From NCBI GenBank assembly GCA_963704205.1, contig CAVPHN010000023.1, positions 1-64,000 on the forward strand: a stretch of DNA of 64,000 nucleotides, given 5' to 3'. Below the pieces are notes generated by a model that saw only the letters and a program-made list of their open reading frames with translations, had not been told where the DNA came from and made no database searches. Source of the DNA: an uncultured delta proteobacterium (GTDB taxonomy: Bacteria; Desulfobacterota; Desulfobacteria; Desulfobacterales; Desulfatirhabdiaceae). Positions 1 to 10,705 of the stretch are shown piece by piece; the first letter of the stretch is position 1, and every line of letters begins with the position of its first letter. Both the position numbers and the translations under genes were made by a program.

Positions 1-69
1 ATCCGGAAGCCCGTTAAGTCAAATGCTGGAAATAGAAATCCCTTTTAAACATCACGGGGGTACAGTGAA

Positions 70-1089
70 TCATTGATTCTTCTTCAAAGCAGCTTCAATA
101 AAATCGACAATTTCTTTACCGTTGAGGCCTTTTTTATTCAAATCAGTGATATATTGATCCATTATGGGCGCAACGGCAGCCTTCCATCTGGCGCTCTCCT
201 TGCTGTCCTGTCCGATGATCTGGCCGCCCTGCTCCAGAAGATATTTCAATCCGATCATATCGCTGGTGTCCCAGGCTTCACCGTGCTTGACAACCCATTC
301 CGCATTGATTTCCTCGATGATTTTCTGATCCTTGGGGGAAATAGATTTCCATTTGTCTTTGTTCATGACGACAAAAAAGGACGTGGTGTATGCGGATGAG
401 AGATTGGCCGTGCAATACCGGACCACCTCGCCCAGTTTCCAGCCCTTGTTGCCTTCCAGTGGATAGACAGCCCCGTCCACGACGCCTTTTTGCAGCATTT
501 CATAGGTTTCCGGCATGGGTTTGGCTATCGGTGTTCCGCCCAGAGCCTTGACGACTTCGGCGCTGGTGCCGTGGCTTCTGAACTTCAGGGCTTTCATGTC
601 TTCCATTTTCAGAACCGGCTTATCCTTGGTGTGGATCAATCCAGGTCCGTGCGCATGCAGATACATGACCTTCGTGTCATCCAGTTCCTTGGGTTTGAAC
701 TGGTTATAGACATCATTGATGACTTTGGTGGCGGCCGCGCCACTGGTGTAACCCAGCGGCAGATCCACTGCCAGCATGACCGGGAACCGGCCCGGCGTAT
801 AGGCCAGAACCGCAAAACCGATGTCCGAGAGTCCTTCAACAACGCCATCATAGCACTGATTGGATTTGGTCAGGGTCTGTCCGGGGAAGTATTCGATTTT
901 CACGGCACCTGCGGTTCGTTTTTCAACTTCCTTGGACCATTGTTCCGCCAGAATGCTTTGAATATGGGATGGCGGGAAAAAACAACTGTAGGTCAGTTTT
1001 ACTGGCTCCGCGGAACTGATGGTGACCATTCCCGACATGATTGCGACAATGCATAATACACTGAAAAAAATACTCGCTTTTCTATTCAT
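70..1089 (-). CDS. dctP: TRAP transporter substrate-binding protein, DctP family
   Basis: 339-aa ORF with an N-terminal signal peptide (MNRKASIFFSVLCIVAIMSG...). DctP-like motif region (KLTYSCFFPPSHIQS) and typical length. Family assignment from sequence memory. Confidence 0.8.
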   Translation of the reverse strand: MNRKASIFFSVLCIVAIMSGMVTISSAEPVKLTYSCFFPPSHIQSILAEQWSKEVEKRTAGAVKIEYFPGQTLTKSNQCYDGVVEGLSDIGFAVLAYTPGRFPVMLAVDLPLGYTSGAAATKVINDVYNQFKPKELDDTKVMYLHAHGPGLIHTKDKPVLKMEDMKALKFRSHGTSAEVVKALGGTPIAKPMPETYEMLQKGVVDGAVYPLEGNKGWKLGEVVRYCTANLSSAYTTSFFVVMNKDKWKSISPKDQKIIEEINAEWVVKHGEAWDTSDMIGLKYLLEQGGQIIGQDSKESARWKAAVAPIMDQYITDLNKKGLNGKEIVDFIEAALKKNQ

Positions 1090-1670
1090 CGACAGCTCCT
1101 CCGTTTTAAGTCAGAAATTAATGAGGCTAAGAGACAATGAATCCCCGGAAACCGACAAGAATCACCTCCTTTTCCCAATTGGTAATCCAACTGAACCATT
1201 GATTTTCAGATGTGTACGATCCATCATGATCTTTCATGAATTATCCGATCCGTGATTGACCGATTAGAACTGTTTAGCGGTTTGCTTGATGATGTCTGAT
1301 TCTGAAAAATGCGGCTTATCGTATAGCCATATTGTGACTGCAATAATATTAATGCCGGGGTTGTCAAGCGTTATTATCTTCTGAACGCTGCTTTCCGGAT
1401 GCGGCTCTGAAAGTCAACCAAGAATTGTCATGTACAGAACGGATGTCTGGTGGCACAATCACATAAAATTTGAAAATAAATTGACGAGAAAAATGAAATG
1501 CAGAACGGAATCATGCTGTATGGCATGGCACATGAAACAGGTTTCATCGAAAATAAACAATTGTTCATTATAATGAACGAATATACATGAAAAGCTTATG
1601 AGATCGAAGTTTAGAGGACGGATGTTGTCGCTTGTAAGTTTATGATAAACATGGGGCAGGGTATCGTTGT

Positions 1671-2333
1671 CTACATCAACTCCTTGATGCGTTTAATGTC
1701 CTCTGATTTGCCCAGCATGATCAATAGATCGCTGTCCTTGATCACAAAATCGGCCGGTGGGGCAAGGATGAAATTTTCGGGAATGTATTCCTTGATGGCA
1801 ATGATGTTGATATGGTATCTGGCGCGAAGGTCAAGATCTTTCAGGGACTTTCCGATGAAGGCCCTGGGCGGTTCCACCTGAAGCAGGTTGTAGTCTTCGG
1901 CCAGGGGAATAAAATCCAGGATGTTGGGAGTGGAAAGCCCTTTGGCGATGCGAATGGCTATGGCCATTTCCGGGCGAATGACTTCCGTTGCGCCTACTTT
2001 TTTAAGGATTTTCTCATGGTCGTCATCAATGGCTTTGGCCACGATTTTCTTTACGCCGATTTCGTTAAGGTGTAGGCAGATCAGAATGCTGTTGCTGATC
2101 CTTTCACCGGCGCTGACAACCACGCTGTCCATTTCATTCAGCCCCAGCGCCAGTAGATTTTCTTTGTCCGTGGCGTCCATGACGACGGCTTCGGTGCAGT
2201 AAGGATCGATTTCACGGATGAGTTTTCGATCCCGATCGATGGCCACAACCTCATGTCCTTCCTCAAAAAGTGATTTGGCCACATGAAAGCCAAATTTCCC
2301 CAGACCTATCACTGCAAATCGTTTGGTTGCCAT
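1671..2333 (-). CDS. ktrA: K+ uptake regulatory subunit KtrA/TrkA (TrkA-N NAD-binding plus TrkA-C)
   Basis: 220 aa. Rossmann motif AVIGLGKFG at the N-terminus and TrkA-C-like C-terminal half. Immediately downstream of a KtrB/TrkH-type membrane gene on the same strand. Confidence 0.8.
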   Translation of the reverse strand: MATKRFAVIGLGKFGFHVAKSLFEEGHEVVAIDRDRKLIREIDPYCTEAVVMDATDKENLLALGLNEMDSVVVSAGERISNSILICLHLNEIGVKKIVAKAIDDDHEKILKKVGATEVIRPEMAIAIRIAKGLSTPNILDFIPLAEDYNLLQVEPPRAFIGKSLKDLDLRARYHINIIAIKEYIPENFILAPPADFVIKDSDLLIMLGKSEDIKRIKELM

Positions 2334-2338
2334 TTTTT

Positions 2339-3695
2339 TTATCCTAACATCATGCTTTCTTCAGAATATTCAATCCCTGCGTTTTTCTCATCACCGGCAA
2401 TGAAATAAAAAAAACTGAGGACCCCGACCCGGCCGATCAGCATCATGATGCCGAGCAGAAACTTGCCCCAATCGTTGATTGTCGTTGTAGCTCCCATGGA
2501 AAGTCCCACGGTTCCAAAAGCGGATAAGACTTCAAAGAGATAGATCAGAAAATGATTTACAGCCACTGGCCCCTGAGCGGGTATTGACGGCTGCGTGATC
2601 AACATCAAGAAAAAGATGGCGCTTATAGAAAAAACCGACATGCCGACAATTGCCAGGCTTTTTATGACATTGGTGTCACTGATGCTTTTTTTATAGATAT
2701 TGGGATGGAATACGCCCTTAAGTCTGGCTATGGCGGAAACAGCCAGAACCGTAATGGTTGTGGTCTTTACGCCGCCGGCGCATGAACCGGGCGATGCGCC
2801 GATAAACATGAGTATCATCATAAAAAACGCCCCGGCATCACTGAGCGTGGAAAGATCCAGTGTATTGAATCCGGCGGTTCTGGCGGTAACCGACTGAAAA
2901 AAGGAAGCCAGGATTTGTTGGGCCGGGTTCAAGCCTTTCAGAGAGTTGTTCTGCTCCAGCGCCAGATACAAAATCATGCCGGCATAGAATTAAAATGCCC
3001 GTTGTGGTTGTTGTAATCTTTGTTTGAAGGGATATTTTGACGCGTTTTTTTCGTCTTTTGGAAAGATAATCGTAAAGGTCAAAAATAACCGGAAATCCGA
3101 TACCGCCTAAAATGATCAGGCCGCAGATGGTAAAATTGACTGTTATTGAATCTCTGTAGCCGGCAAGGCCTGCGGGAAAAAGAGAAAAACCGGCATTGCA
3201 AAACGCTGAAACCGAGTGAAATACTGCAAAATATGCGGCCTGAGGAATCGGAAAATCGCGGCTCCAGTAAATCGTAAGCAAAACAGCGCCAAGCAGTTCC
3301 GTGAGCCCCGAAAAAATAAAAATGGATTTGAGCAGTGCATATATGTCTTTTCGGGGGGTATGGGCAAAGGACTCCTGCATGACCCTGCGATGCTGGAAGG
3401 AAACATTCATCCCGATAAACTTGAAAAATACCACGGATATGGTCATCAGTCCCAGTCCGCCGACCTGTATCAGTATCAGAATAACGGCCTGTCCGAACAG
3501 CGTAAAATGTGAACCTGTGTCAAGAACGGTAAGCCCGGTGACGCATACGGCGGAAGTCACTGTAAAAAGTGCATCCATAAAGGAAATATAGCCGGAAGCG
3601 TTTGAAACGGGTAGCGTGATCAGGGCGGCGCCAACGCTGATGCAATCCAGAAAACTGAGGATGATGATAGTTGCCGGATGATGTTTTCTGGTCAT
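2339..3695 (-). CDS. ktrB: K+ transporter membrane subunit KtrB/TrkH family (apparent frameshift near 2980-3050)
   Basis: Two overlapping minus-strand ORFs (2838..3791 and 2339..2977) together give a TrkH/KtrB-like polytopic membrane protein (MTRKHHPATIIILSFLDCISVGAALITLP..., ...GGVKTTT...). The reading frame switches near a T-rich stretch. The real start is likely the ATG at 3695. Confidence 0.7.
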
Positions 3696-3901
3696 GACTG
3701 ACGTCTTTGCCGCTGTTTTACCAACTAAAATAAATTGCTTAAAAAAGCTTTTTTGCGATTGGGTGATAACGCGAATCGAACCTAACAACACCCAGGCGCA
3801 GAAAGGTGCTAATTAAGCGCGGACGAACTTGTATCATGGTTAACAGGTAATATGCAACAGGATCATTGTTTACACGCTCAGTTACAGGCAGCCTCAAAAA
3901 T

Positions 3902-4989
3902 CTAATTACAGAGCAGGCTGCTTGCGGGGGTTATAGACTCAAGAGCTCGTCTGGCGGCTTTTTCCAGAATGGTTACGGCAAATATCAGGGACTGGAAGCG
4001 CGGGTCCCGGGTCTGTCCATGATAGAACCGGTAATAGATCTGCTGGGCGATGACCGCCAGGCGGAACAGACCAAAGCCATAATAGAATTCAAAATGATCC
4101 ACGGACCTGCCGGAAAGCCTGCTGTAATACGCCGCGATCTGCTTTCGGGTCAGCGCGCCTTCCAGATGGGTGGGAAGGGTTTTCATGGCCTGCATCTCCG
4201 GGGGTCGCCTGGCTCCACCCAGTATCCAAGGGAACTGCCCAGATCCATGAGCGGATCACCGATGGTAGCCATTTCCCAGTCCAGAACGCCGATGATGTTT
4301 AAGGGGTTGGCGCTGTCCAGAACAATGTTGTCGAATTTATAATCATTGTGAATGATGCAGGGGCAAGGGGAGTCCATCGGTTGATGTGCGTCAAGCCAGG
4401 CCATCACGGATTCGAAATCCGGAGCATCCGGAGTCCTGGCGGCCCGGTATCGGCTGCTCCATCCTTGCACCTGACGCCGGACATATCCTTCGGGTCTGCC
4501 AAAGCCTTCCATGCCGATTTTTCGGTAGTCGAGGCTATGTAGCGCATAATGTATTTCAACCACTTTTTGGAACAGGCGTTCCACCTGGGTCGGCGTCAGA
4601 AACATGCCATTGGGCAGATTCCGGCGCAGAATAATCCCCTGAATGCGTTCCATGACGTAGAAGGGACAGTCCATGATATCCGTATCTTCAGAATACGCCA
4701 GCGGTTCCGGACAATAGGGGAAAAAGGGTTTCAGCGCTTTCAGAATCCTGTATTCCCGTCCCATGTCATGGGCGGATTTGGCTTTGGCGCCAAAGGGAGG
4801 CCGGCGTAGCACCACTTCCTTGTTTTTAAATGTTATCAGATACGTCAGATTCGAATGGCCGCCGGGAAATTGCCGAACAGCCATTTCCCCTTCGAGATGC
4901 GGAATCGAATCGCGAAGAAAAGGATCAATCTTTGCAAGATCCAGTTCTTCGCCGCTGCGAACTTCCGAGGCCTGATCCATTAATTCCAT
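3902..4989 (-). CDS. Phosphotransferase family kinase (APH/ChoK-like; the type found fused to or next to ACAD10/11-like dehydrogenases), frameshifted near 4190
   Basis: The 268-aa ORF has the kinase catalytic motif IIHNDYKFDNIVLD and VLDWEMATIGDP. The 97-aa ORF 3902..4195 continues the C-terminal APH-like region in another frame. The frame changes at a G-run (ccggggg, about 4200). Confidence 0.65.
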
Positions 4990-5225
4990 ACCTTCTCCCT
5001 AAAAACGAGTATTGATCCTTGTTTCGGCCAATCGTGATGAAATCGTAAAAAGTCAAATATCGCGACATCCCGTCATTCCGGCGAATCCCGGATCGGAGTC
5101 CGGGACAGGCGCAGGAATCCTGTGTTTTCGGATAGTTGCTGAAAGACTGGACACCGGCTTTCACCGGTGTGACGAGTTTTTGCGAGACCATCAATCATGA
5201 TCGGGATAAATATCTCACCCAAAAA

Positions 5226-5939
5226 TCATCTTGATGCTTTCATGAAAAAAGCCTCGATAAATTCTTGAAGATATTTCGCATACTGGTCGACCGAAAGATT
5301 CTTCCTCGCGTATTTTCCCCGTTTCAGATACCAGTCCTGAAGCATGGCCTTGATCATGCTGGCTCCAAGCTGGGGATCATGCAAGTGAAACACGTTTTGT
5401 TCCTGTCCCTGAATCAGGATATCACAAATCAGTTTTTCCGTTGTCAGTTCGCTTTCCATGGCTTTTTGTTTTTCGTTCTGGGAAAGGTTTTTGGTTTCCA
5501 TGAACGAGAAATAGAACCAGGGCTGCATGGCTTCACTCAGGTACAGGTGGGTAAAGATAGCGGCCTTTAGTTTGGCGGGTGGGGTGGATTCGGATGCAAT
5601 CCGCTCTTCAAGAATTTCTCCGGTAATGGAGCGCCGCTGGTGCTGAAGCATTTCAAGCAGTTCATCCTTGCTGGAAAAATAATTATAGAGCGCGCCCATG
5701 CTCAGCCCGCATTCCTGGCTGAGATCCCGCATGCTCATGGACTTGAATCCTTTTTTGTTGCTGATTTTGAGTACGGCGCCAAAAATATTATCCAGGTTTT
5801 TGACCGCTGTTTTTTCTTTCTTGATGCGGTTGGTTTGACGGCCCAAATATCTCTGGGCGGCAAAGGATTCCTGGTATATCTCCATTTTGGAGATATTGAC
5901 TTCCTGGCAAAATTCGGCGTAAGTCATTGTACGATCCAT
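5226..5939 (-). CDS. TetR/AcrR family transcriptional regulator
   Basis: N-terminal HTH (SMRDLSQECGLSMGALYNYFSSKDELL). 237 aa. Located 3 nt downstream of the acyl-CoA dehydrogenase gene on the same strand. Confidence 0.8.
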   Translation of the reverse strand: MDRTMTYAEFCQEVNISKMEIYQESFAAQRYLGRQTNRIKKEKTAVKNLDNIFGAVLKISNKKGFKSMSMRDLSQECGLSMGALYNYFSSKDELLEMLQHQRRSITGEILEERIASESTPPAKLKAAIFTHLYLSEAMQPWFYFSFMETKNLSQNEKQKAMESELTTEKLICDILIQGQEQNVFHLHDPQLGASMIKAMLQDWYLKRGKYARKNLSVDQYAKYLQEFIEAFFMKASR

Positions 5940-5941
5940 TA

Positions 5942-7147
5942 TTAATTGGTTTTTTTCCCGGCGTATTTCTTTAGGATCTGCCTGGCAACCGAGATTTTAT
6001 GTACCTCATCCGCACCATCGTAAATCCTGCTGGCCCGTTCATGGCGATACAGAAAGGCGATGATCGTATCATCCGTCATTCCCAGCCCGCCATGTACCTG
6101 AAGTGCCCGGTCGATGACCTTCATCATTGTGTTGGCCACCACATATTTGATCATGGAGATTTCGGTGCGAGCCGCTTTGGCGCCCACCTTGTCGATTCTA
6201 TCCGCGGCATAAAGCACCATGAGGCGCGCGGCCTGAATGTCGGCGGCGCATTCGGCAATCCAGGCCTGAACGATCTCTTTCTGGGACAGGGTCTTGCCGG
6301 GTGCGATGGGCCGGGTAAGCGCCCGCGAGCACATGAGATCAAAACAGCGGTTGCAGATGCCGATCCAACGCATGCAGTGGTGAATTCTGCCCGGTCCCAG
6401 GCGTTCCTGAGCTATGGCAAAGGCGCTGCCCTCGGGACCCAGCAGGTTGGACTGTGGCACCCGGCAATTCTGATACAGGATCTCGCCATGTCCGAAATAA
6501 TCCTCGCCGGATTCTCCCATCACCGGAATGTTTCGCACCTGGTTGAATCCCGGCGTGTCGGTGGGAACGATGATCATGCTCGCGCGCTGGTAAGGGTGGG
6601 CTTCCGGATTGGTAACGGCCATGACAATGGCAAAACGGGCACCATCGGAAGACGAGGTGTACCATTTCTGACCGTTGATGACATAATCGCTGCCGTCTTT
6701 GACAGCCGTGGTATCCATCATCACCGGATTGGACCCGGGCATTTCCACTTCGGTCATGGAAAAGCAGCTGCGGATTTTGCCGGCCACCAGGGGGGGCAGC
6801 CATTTTTCTTTCTGCTCCGGGGTTCCGAACATATGCAGAATCTCGATATTGCCGGCATCCGGGGCCTGGCAGCCAAAAACATAATGGCCCAGGATCGAGC
6901 GGCCCAGGCATTCGGAAACCAGGGCGTGCTCCGTAAGATTGAGTCCCATGCCGCCGTATTCTACAGGGTGGTTCGGAGCCCACAACTCCATCTGCTTGAC
7001 CATCTGGCGCTTTTTTTCAAGTTCCGGAAGAACAGCCTTGAAGCCCCGTGTCAACACGGCCGGTTCCAGAGGAATCACCTCTTTTTGAACAAACTCGTCA
7101 ATCATTTGAGTAATGGTCTGCATCTTTTCCGATACGCTAAAATCCAT
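5942..7147 (-). CDS. Acyl-CoA dehydrogenase
   Basis: 401 aa. ACAD C-terminal signature region (...RIYDGADEVHKISVARQIL) and FAD/CoA-binding middle domain. Typical length. Confidence 0.85.
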   Translation of the reverse strand: MDFSVSEKMQTITQMIDEFVQKEVIPLEPAVLTRGFKAVLPELEKKRQMVKQMELWAPNHPVEYGGMGLNLTEHALVSECLGRSILGHYVFGCQAPDAGNIEILHMFGTPEQKEKWLPPLVAGKIRSCFSMTEVEMPGSNPVMMDTTAVKDGSDYVINGQKWYTSSSDGARFAIVMAVTNPEAHPYQRASMIIVPTDTPGFNQVRNIPVMGESGEDYFGHGEILYQNCRVPQSNLLGPEGSAFAIAQERLGPGRIHHCMRWIGICNRCFDLMCSRALTRPIAPGKTLSQKEIVQAWIAECAADIQAARLMVLYAADRIDKVGAKAARTEISMIKYVVANTMMKVIDRALQVHGGLGMTDDTIIAFLYRHERASRIYDGADEVHKISVARQILKKYAGKKTN

Positions 7148-7263
7148 AACCGCCTCCTGTTTTGTCTCATATCGCCTGCTGGCTGATTCAAAAGCTTTTG
7201 TATCAGATTAACCGGACTATTAGCCATGCGCGGTGCGTGTGCAAATAAAAAATTTATATAATC

Positions 7264-7334
7264 AATAGATTGTATCTATTTTTTGTATAAATATTAATGA
7301 TAAATCACCTGTTACGAAAGACTGTATCGTAACG
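7264..7334. promoter_or_regulatory. Candidate operator palindromes in the AT-rich leader upstream of the ACAD-TetR operon
   Basis: Perfect inverted repeat AATAGAT-tgt-ATCTATT (7264..7280). A second inverted repeat GTTACG-N11-CGTAAC (7312..7334). Both share a TGTATC core and lie about 120-190 nt upstream of the ACAD start codon (7147, minus strand). Confidence 0.3.
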
Positions 7335-7431
7335 CAAAGCGCCTGTCAATAAAATACGATCGCTCGTTTTATCAGGAACGGATAATTGGCCTTCATTTGA
7401 AAGCGATACCCGACATCAGGAGTCCGTGGTT

Positions 7432-7614
7432 ATGAAATTTCATCGCAGGAAACACAAGGATAACGCTACCATTGGGCGCTTTAAGGATGATATCATCGAT
7501 CATGGCGGCAATCCTGAAGCAATTGATGATGCCAGATGCGATATGTCTCATGCCATTATCAAGGGGATTAAAGTGAATCTGCCCAATGCTCAACTGGGCA
7601 ACACAGCCGTTTAG
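7432..7614 (+). CDS. Small hypothetical protein (60 aa)
   Basis: ATG at 7432 is preceded by a strong SD (CAGGAG at 7416..7421). No recognisable domain. Convergent with the CbbQ-like gene. Confidence 0.35.
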   Translation: MKFHRRKHKDNATIGRFKDDIIDHGGNPEAIDDARCDMSHAIIKGIKVNLPNAQLGNTAV

Positions 7615-7662
7615 AAACGATGAAATAGAACATCAGATATTGTAGTACATTATCTAAGCTCA

Positions 7663-8523
7663 TCACAGACTGTCATCCTTTTCTCCAAACATATCATTCA
7701 TTAAATCCAAAAGCGTTTCCTGAAGCCGCCGGTCATCGGACAAGGGAAGGCAGATAGCGGTGCGACAGGCCTCGATGATGGATATTCCCCGCTGAATGAG
7801 GCAGGCCGCATAAATCAGGAGTCGGGTGCTGGCGCCCTCGGTCAGCCCTTGCTCACGGATGTTTCGGATTTTTCCGGCCAGCAGAACCAGTTTCAGGGCG
7901 GTTTCAAAATCCAGACCGCTCTCACGTGAGACGATGGCAGCTTCATTTTCAGGATTCGGATAATGGAATTCCAGGGAGACGAAGCGCTGCCGTGTGCTTT
8001 GCTTCAAGTCTTTCAGCACGGACTGGTACCCTGGATTGTAAGAGAGCACCATCAGAAAATCGGAATGGGCCTGAATACTTTCCCCTTTTTTATCGATATG
8101 AAGGGTTCTGCGGCTGTCGGTCAAGGGATGAATCACTACGGTGGTGTCTTTTCTGGCCTCTACGATTTCATCCAGATAGCAGATGGCACCTGTGCGGACG
8201 GCGCGGGTCAGGGGACCATCCATCCAGACGGTTGCATCGTTAAAAAGCAGATACCGGCCGATTAGATCTGACGCAAAGAGATCTTCGTGGCAGGCTACGG
8301 TAATCAGGGGCCTGCCAAGTCGGTGCGCCATGTATTCCACAAAACGGGTTTTGCCGCAGCCTGTCGGCCCTTTCAGAATAACCGGAAGCCTTGCGTGGTA
8401 TGCGGCTTCAAATAGCGGAATTTCATTTGCTGACGGCAGATAGTAAGGTGCTTCGGCATCATTTTCCCCCTTTTGGGGGGCATCCTCATCCGGGCAGTTA
8501 TTGGCTGGTGACTGAAATGTCAT
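7663..8523 (-). CDS. CbbQ/NirQ/NorQ/GvpN-family MoxR-like AAA+ ATPase
   Basis: 286 aa. Walker [18 protein letters not shown] and Walker B region [14 protein letters not shown]. Strong resemblance to CbbQ/NorQ. No vWA (CbbO/NorD-type) partner gene is visible nearby. Confidence 0.8.
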   Translation of the reverse strand: MTFQSPANNCPDEDAPQKGENDAEAPYYLPSANEIPLFEAAYHARLPVILKGPTGCGKTRFVEYMAHRLGRPLITVACHEDLFASDLIGRYLLFNDATVWMDGPLTRAVRTGAICYLDEIVEARKDTTVVIHPLTDSRRTLHIDKKGESIQAHSDFLMVLSYNPGYQSVLKDLKQSTRQRFVSLEFHYPNPENEAAIVSRESGLDFETALKLVLLAGKIRNIREQGLTEGASTRLLIYAACLIQRGISIIEACRTAICLPLSDDRRLQETLLDLMNDMFGEKDDSL

Positions 8524-8555
8524 AAAGAAAAATGCTCCGCGAAATAGTTTGCGTG

Positions 8556-8584
8556 TTGCATGAAACTATAAAATATTATATGAT
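8556..8584 (+). promoter_or_regulatory. Candidate sigma70 promoter for the traB-hydrolase-protease cluster
   Basis: TTGCAT (8556..8561), 17-nt spacer, TATGAT (8579..8584). About 100 nt upstream of the TraB-family start at 8683. Confidence 0.3.
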
Positions 8585-8682
8585 ATCAAAAATTTATACT
8601 GTTGACAGAAAACAAGCGACATGTCACAGATTTTGCTTGAGTTAATAACATTGACCCTTAACCCATAAGGATTATATACGGA

Positions 8683-9856
8683 ATGTCTGAATCCAACAAT
8701 CATAATATGGTTCACCGGCTTTGCCTGGAAGGCAAGGAAATCGTTTTGATCGGCACGGCCCATGTATCACAGGAAAGCTCGGATCTGGTCGCCGCGGTGA
8801 TTGAATCGGAAAAGCCGGATACGGTCTGCGTTGAGCTATGCGCTTCCCGCTATCAGTCCATTCGCTTGAAAGACCAGTGGCAGAACATGGACATCGTAAA
8901 GGTCATCAAGGAAAAGAAAACATTTCTGCTGCTGTCGAATCTGATTCTGGCGGCGTTTCAAAAGCGGATTGCGGCAAAGCTCGACATTGTTCCGGGCGCA
9001 GAGATGATTCGCGCCATCGAAGCCGCGGATGCATCGGGTGCGGTCATTCACCTTGCCGACCGGGAGATTCGCGTGACTCTGTCCCGGGCCTGGAAGGCCA
9101 TGACGTTCTGGGAAAAAAACAAGTTATTGTATCATTTGCTGATGTCTTTTACCGAAGCGGAGGAAATCAGTCAGGAAGATATCGAAAAAATGAAAGAGCA
9201 GGATGTTCTGGAAGCCCTGATGGCGGATGTGGGAAAAACCCTTCCCATGTTAAAGCGCATTCTGATCGAAGAGCGGGACCAGTATTTGTCTGAAAAAATC
9301 CGCACGGCACCGGGCAGAAAAATCGTGGCAGTGGTGGGAGCAGGGCATGTTGCAGGAATCAAGGATAACTGGAATAAACCCATAGATATTGCCGCGCTGG
9401 AAACGCTTCCGCCGGATGGCAGGCTTGCGGCGGTCCTTGGATGGGGAATTCCGCTGGTGATCGTCCTGATGATGGCGATCGGATTTTTCACCGGCGGTGC
9501 GCATGTGGGAACCAACATGATCACGGGATGGATACTGACAACCGGCATACTGGCGGGCATTGGCGCTGCCGCAGCCCTGGCCCATCCCCTGACGATCCTC
9601 TCCTCGATTCTGGCAGCTCCCATAACCACGCTTCATCCGCTGATTGCCGCTGGCTGGGTTTCGGGTCTGGTTGAGGCATTTTCTCGAAAGCCCAGAGTTC
9701 GGGACATCGAGGCTCTGCCGTCAGGACATCTTGTCTGTAAAAGGGTTCTGGAGGAACAAGGTGACACGGATCCTTCTGGTGGTGGTGTTTACCAACATCG
9801 GCGCCTCAATCGGAACATTTGTGGCAGTGCCTTTGATGCTGAGAATGATTCACTAA
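8683..9856 (+). CDS. TraB/GumN (TIKI-like) family protein with C-terminal transmembrane region (frameshift near 9700-9750)
   Basis: N-terminal TraB-family region (IVLIGTAHVSQESSDLV...DTVCVELCASRYQS). C-terminal TM helices. The conserved C-terminus (...KGFWRNKVTRILLVVVFTNIGASIGTFVAVPL) is found in the overlapping ORF 9644..9856 in another frame. Confidence 0.7.
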
Positions 9857-9928
9857 ACCCTTGCGCACAATTGCGGTTCAGAAGGTATTTTTCACGGGGA
9901 AAATATTATTTGAATTAAAGCCTGAAAT

Positions 9929-10685
9929 ATGATCAAATTATCACAGAAGGATGCATCCTGTACAGATTTGTCATTCTCGTCGGATGGTTTCCGGTTATCG
10001 GGGACCCTTCATTTACCTGGAATGCCTCTGCCACCGATTGTTGTGGGTTCGCACGGCCTGCTAAGCAGTGGCAGTTCACCCAAACAGATTGAATTGGCCA
10101 GGCAATGCAGCGAAAACGGCATGGCTTATTTTCCGGTTCGATCATCGCGGATGCGGCCATAGTGATGGCGGCAAGGCCGATGCCGCTGATTTTAACGGCC
10201 GTTGCCGGGACCTTCTCAGCGCTGTTGACTTTTTGAGAAACCTTGACTGCCTTAGCCCTGTGATAGGACTGTTCGGCAGCAGCCTGGGAGGGGCGGTTTG
10301 TCTTTCGGTAGCAGCCGCAACACGCGTCCATGCACTGGTTACCGTTGCCGCACCCCTTGACAGCAGCTCTTTGATTGATTCGGCTCAGGGTGTTGTCCCG
10401 GCCGGGCTTTCGGCGGATCTGGCACTTTCTCCCCGGTTTCGGTTCGATCTGTCGGACAGCCTGTCCGCTATCCGCAATCTCTTGATTTTTCATGGGGAAA
10501 ACGATTCGGTTGTACCGGTATCCCATGCCCGGAAACTGTTTGAAAAAGCAGGCCATCCCAAAAAACTGGTGATTCAGGAAAATGGAGATCATGTCATGAG
10601 CCTTCTCCTTCATCAGAAATTGTTCATGCAGGAATCCCTTTTGTGGTTTTCAACGATCCTGAAGACCGACCTGAAGAACAAATAG
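9929..10685 (+). CDS. Alpha/beta-fold hydrolase (dienelactone-hydrolase/S9-like), frameshifted near 10130
   Basis: N-terminal part in ORF 9929..10162. The remainder in ORF 10068..10685 carries the nucleophile elbow GLFGSSLGGAV, then ...IFHGENDSVVP and a histidine near the C-terminus (ENGDHV). Confidence 0.6.
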
Positions 10686-10705
10686 ATCAGGCCAAAGGAG
10701 TCATC

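Noticed and set aside
3866-4342. 158-aa plus-strand ORF overlapping the kinase C-terminus
   Set aside because: Antisense to the APH-like C-terminal region that reads sensibly on the minus strand. No motifs.
5999-7186. 395-aa plus-strand ORF antisense to the acyl-CoA dehydrogenase gene
   Set aside because: It completely overlaps a strongly recognisable ACAD on the opposite strand. It has no recognisable motifs and a Gly/Arg/His-rich composition typical of antisense translation of GC-rich coding DNA.
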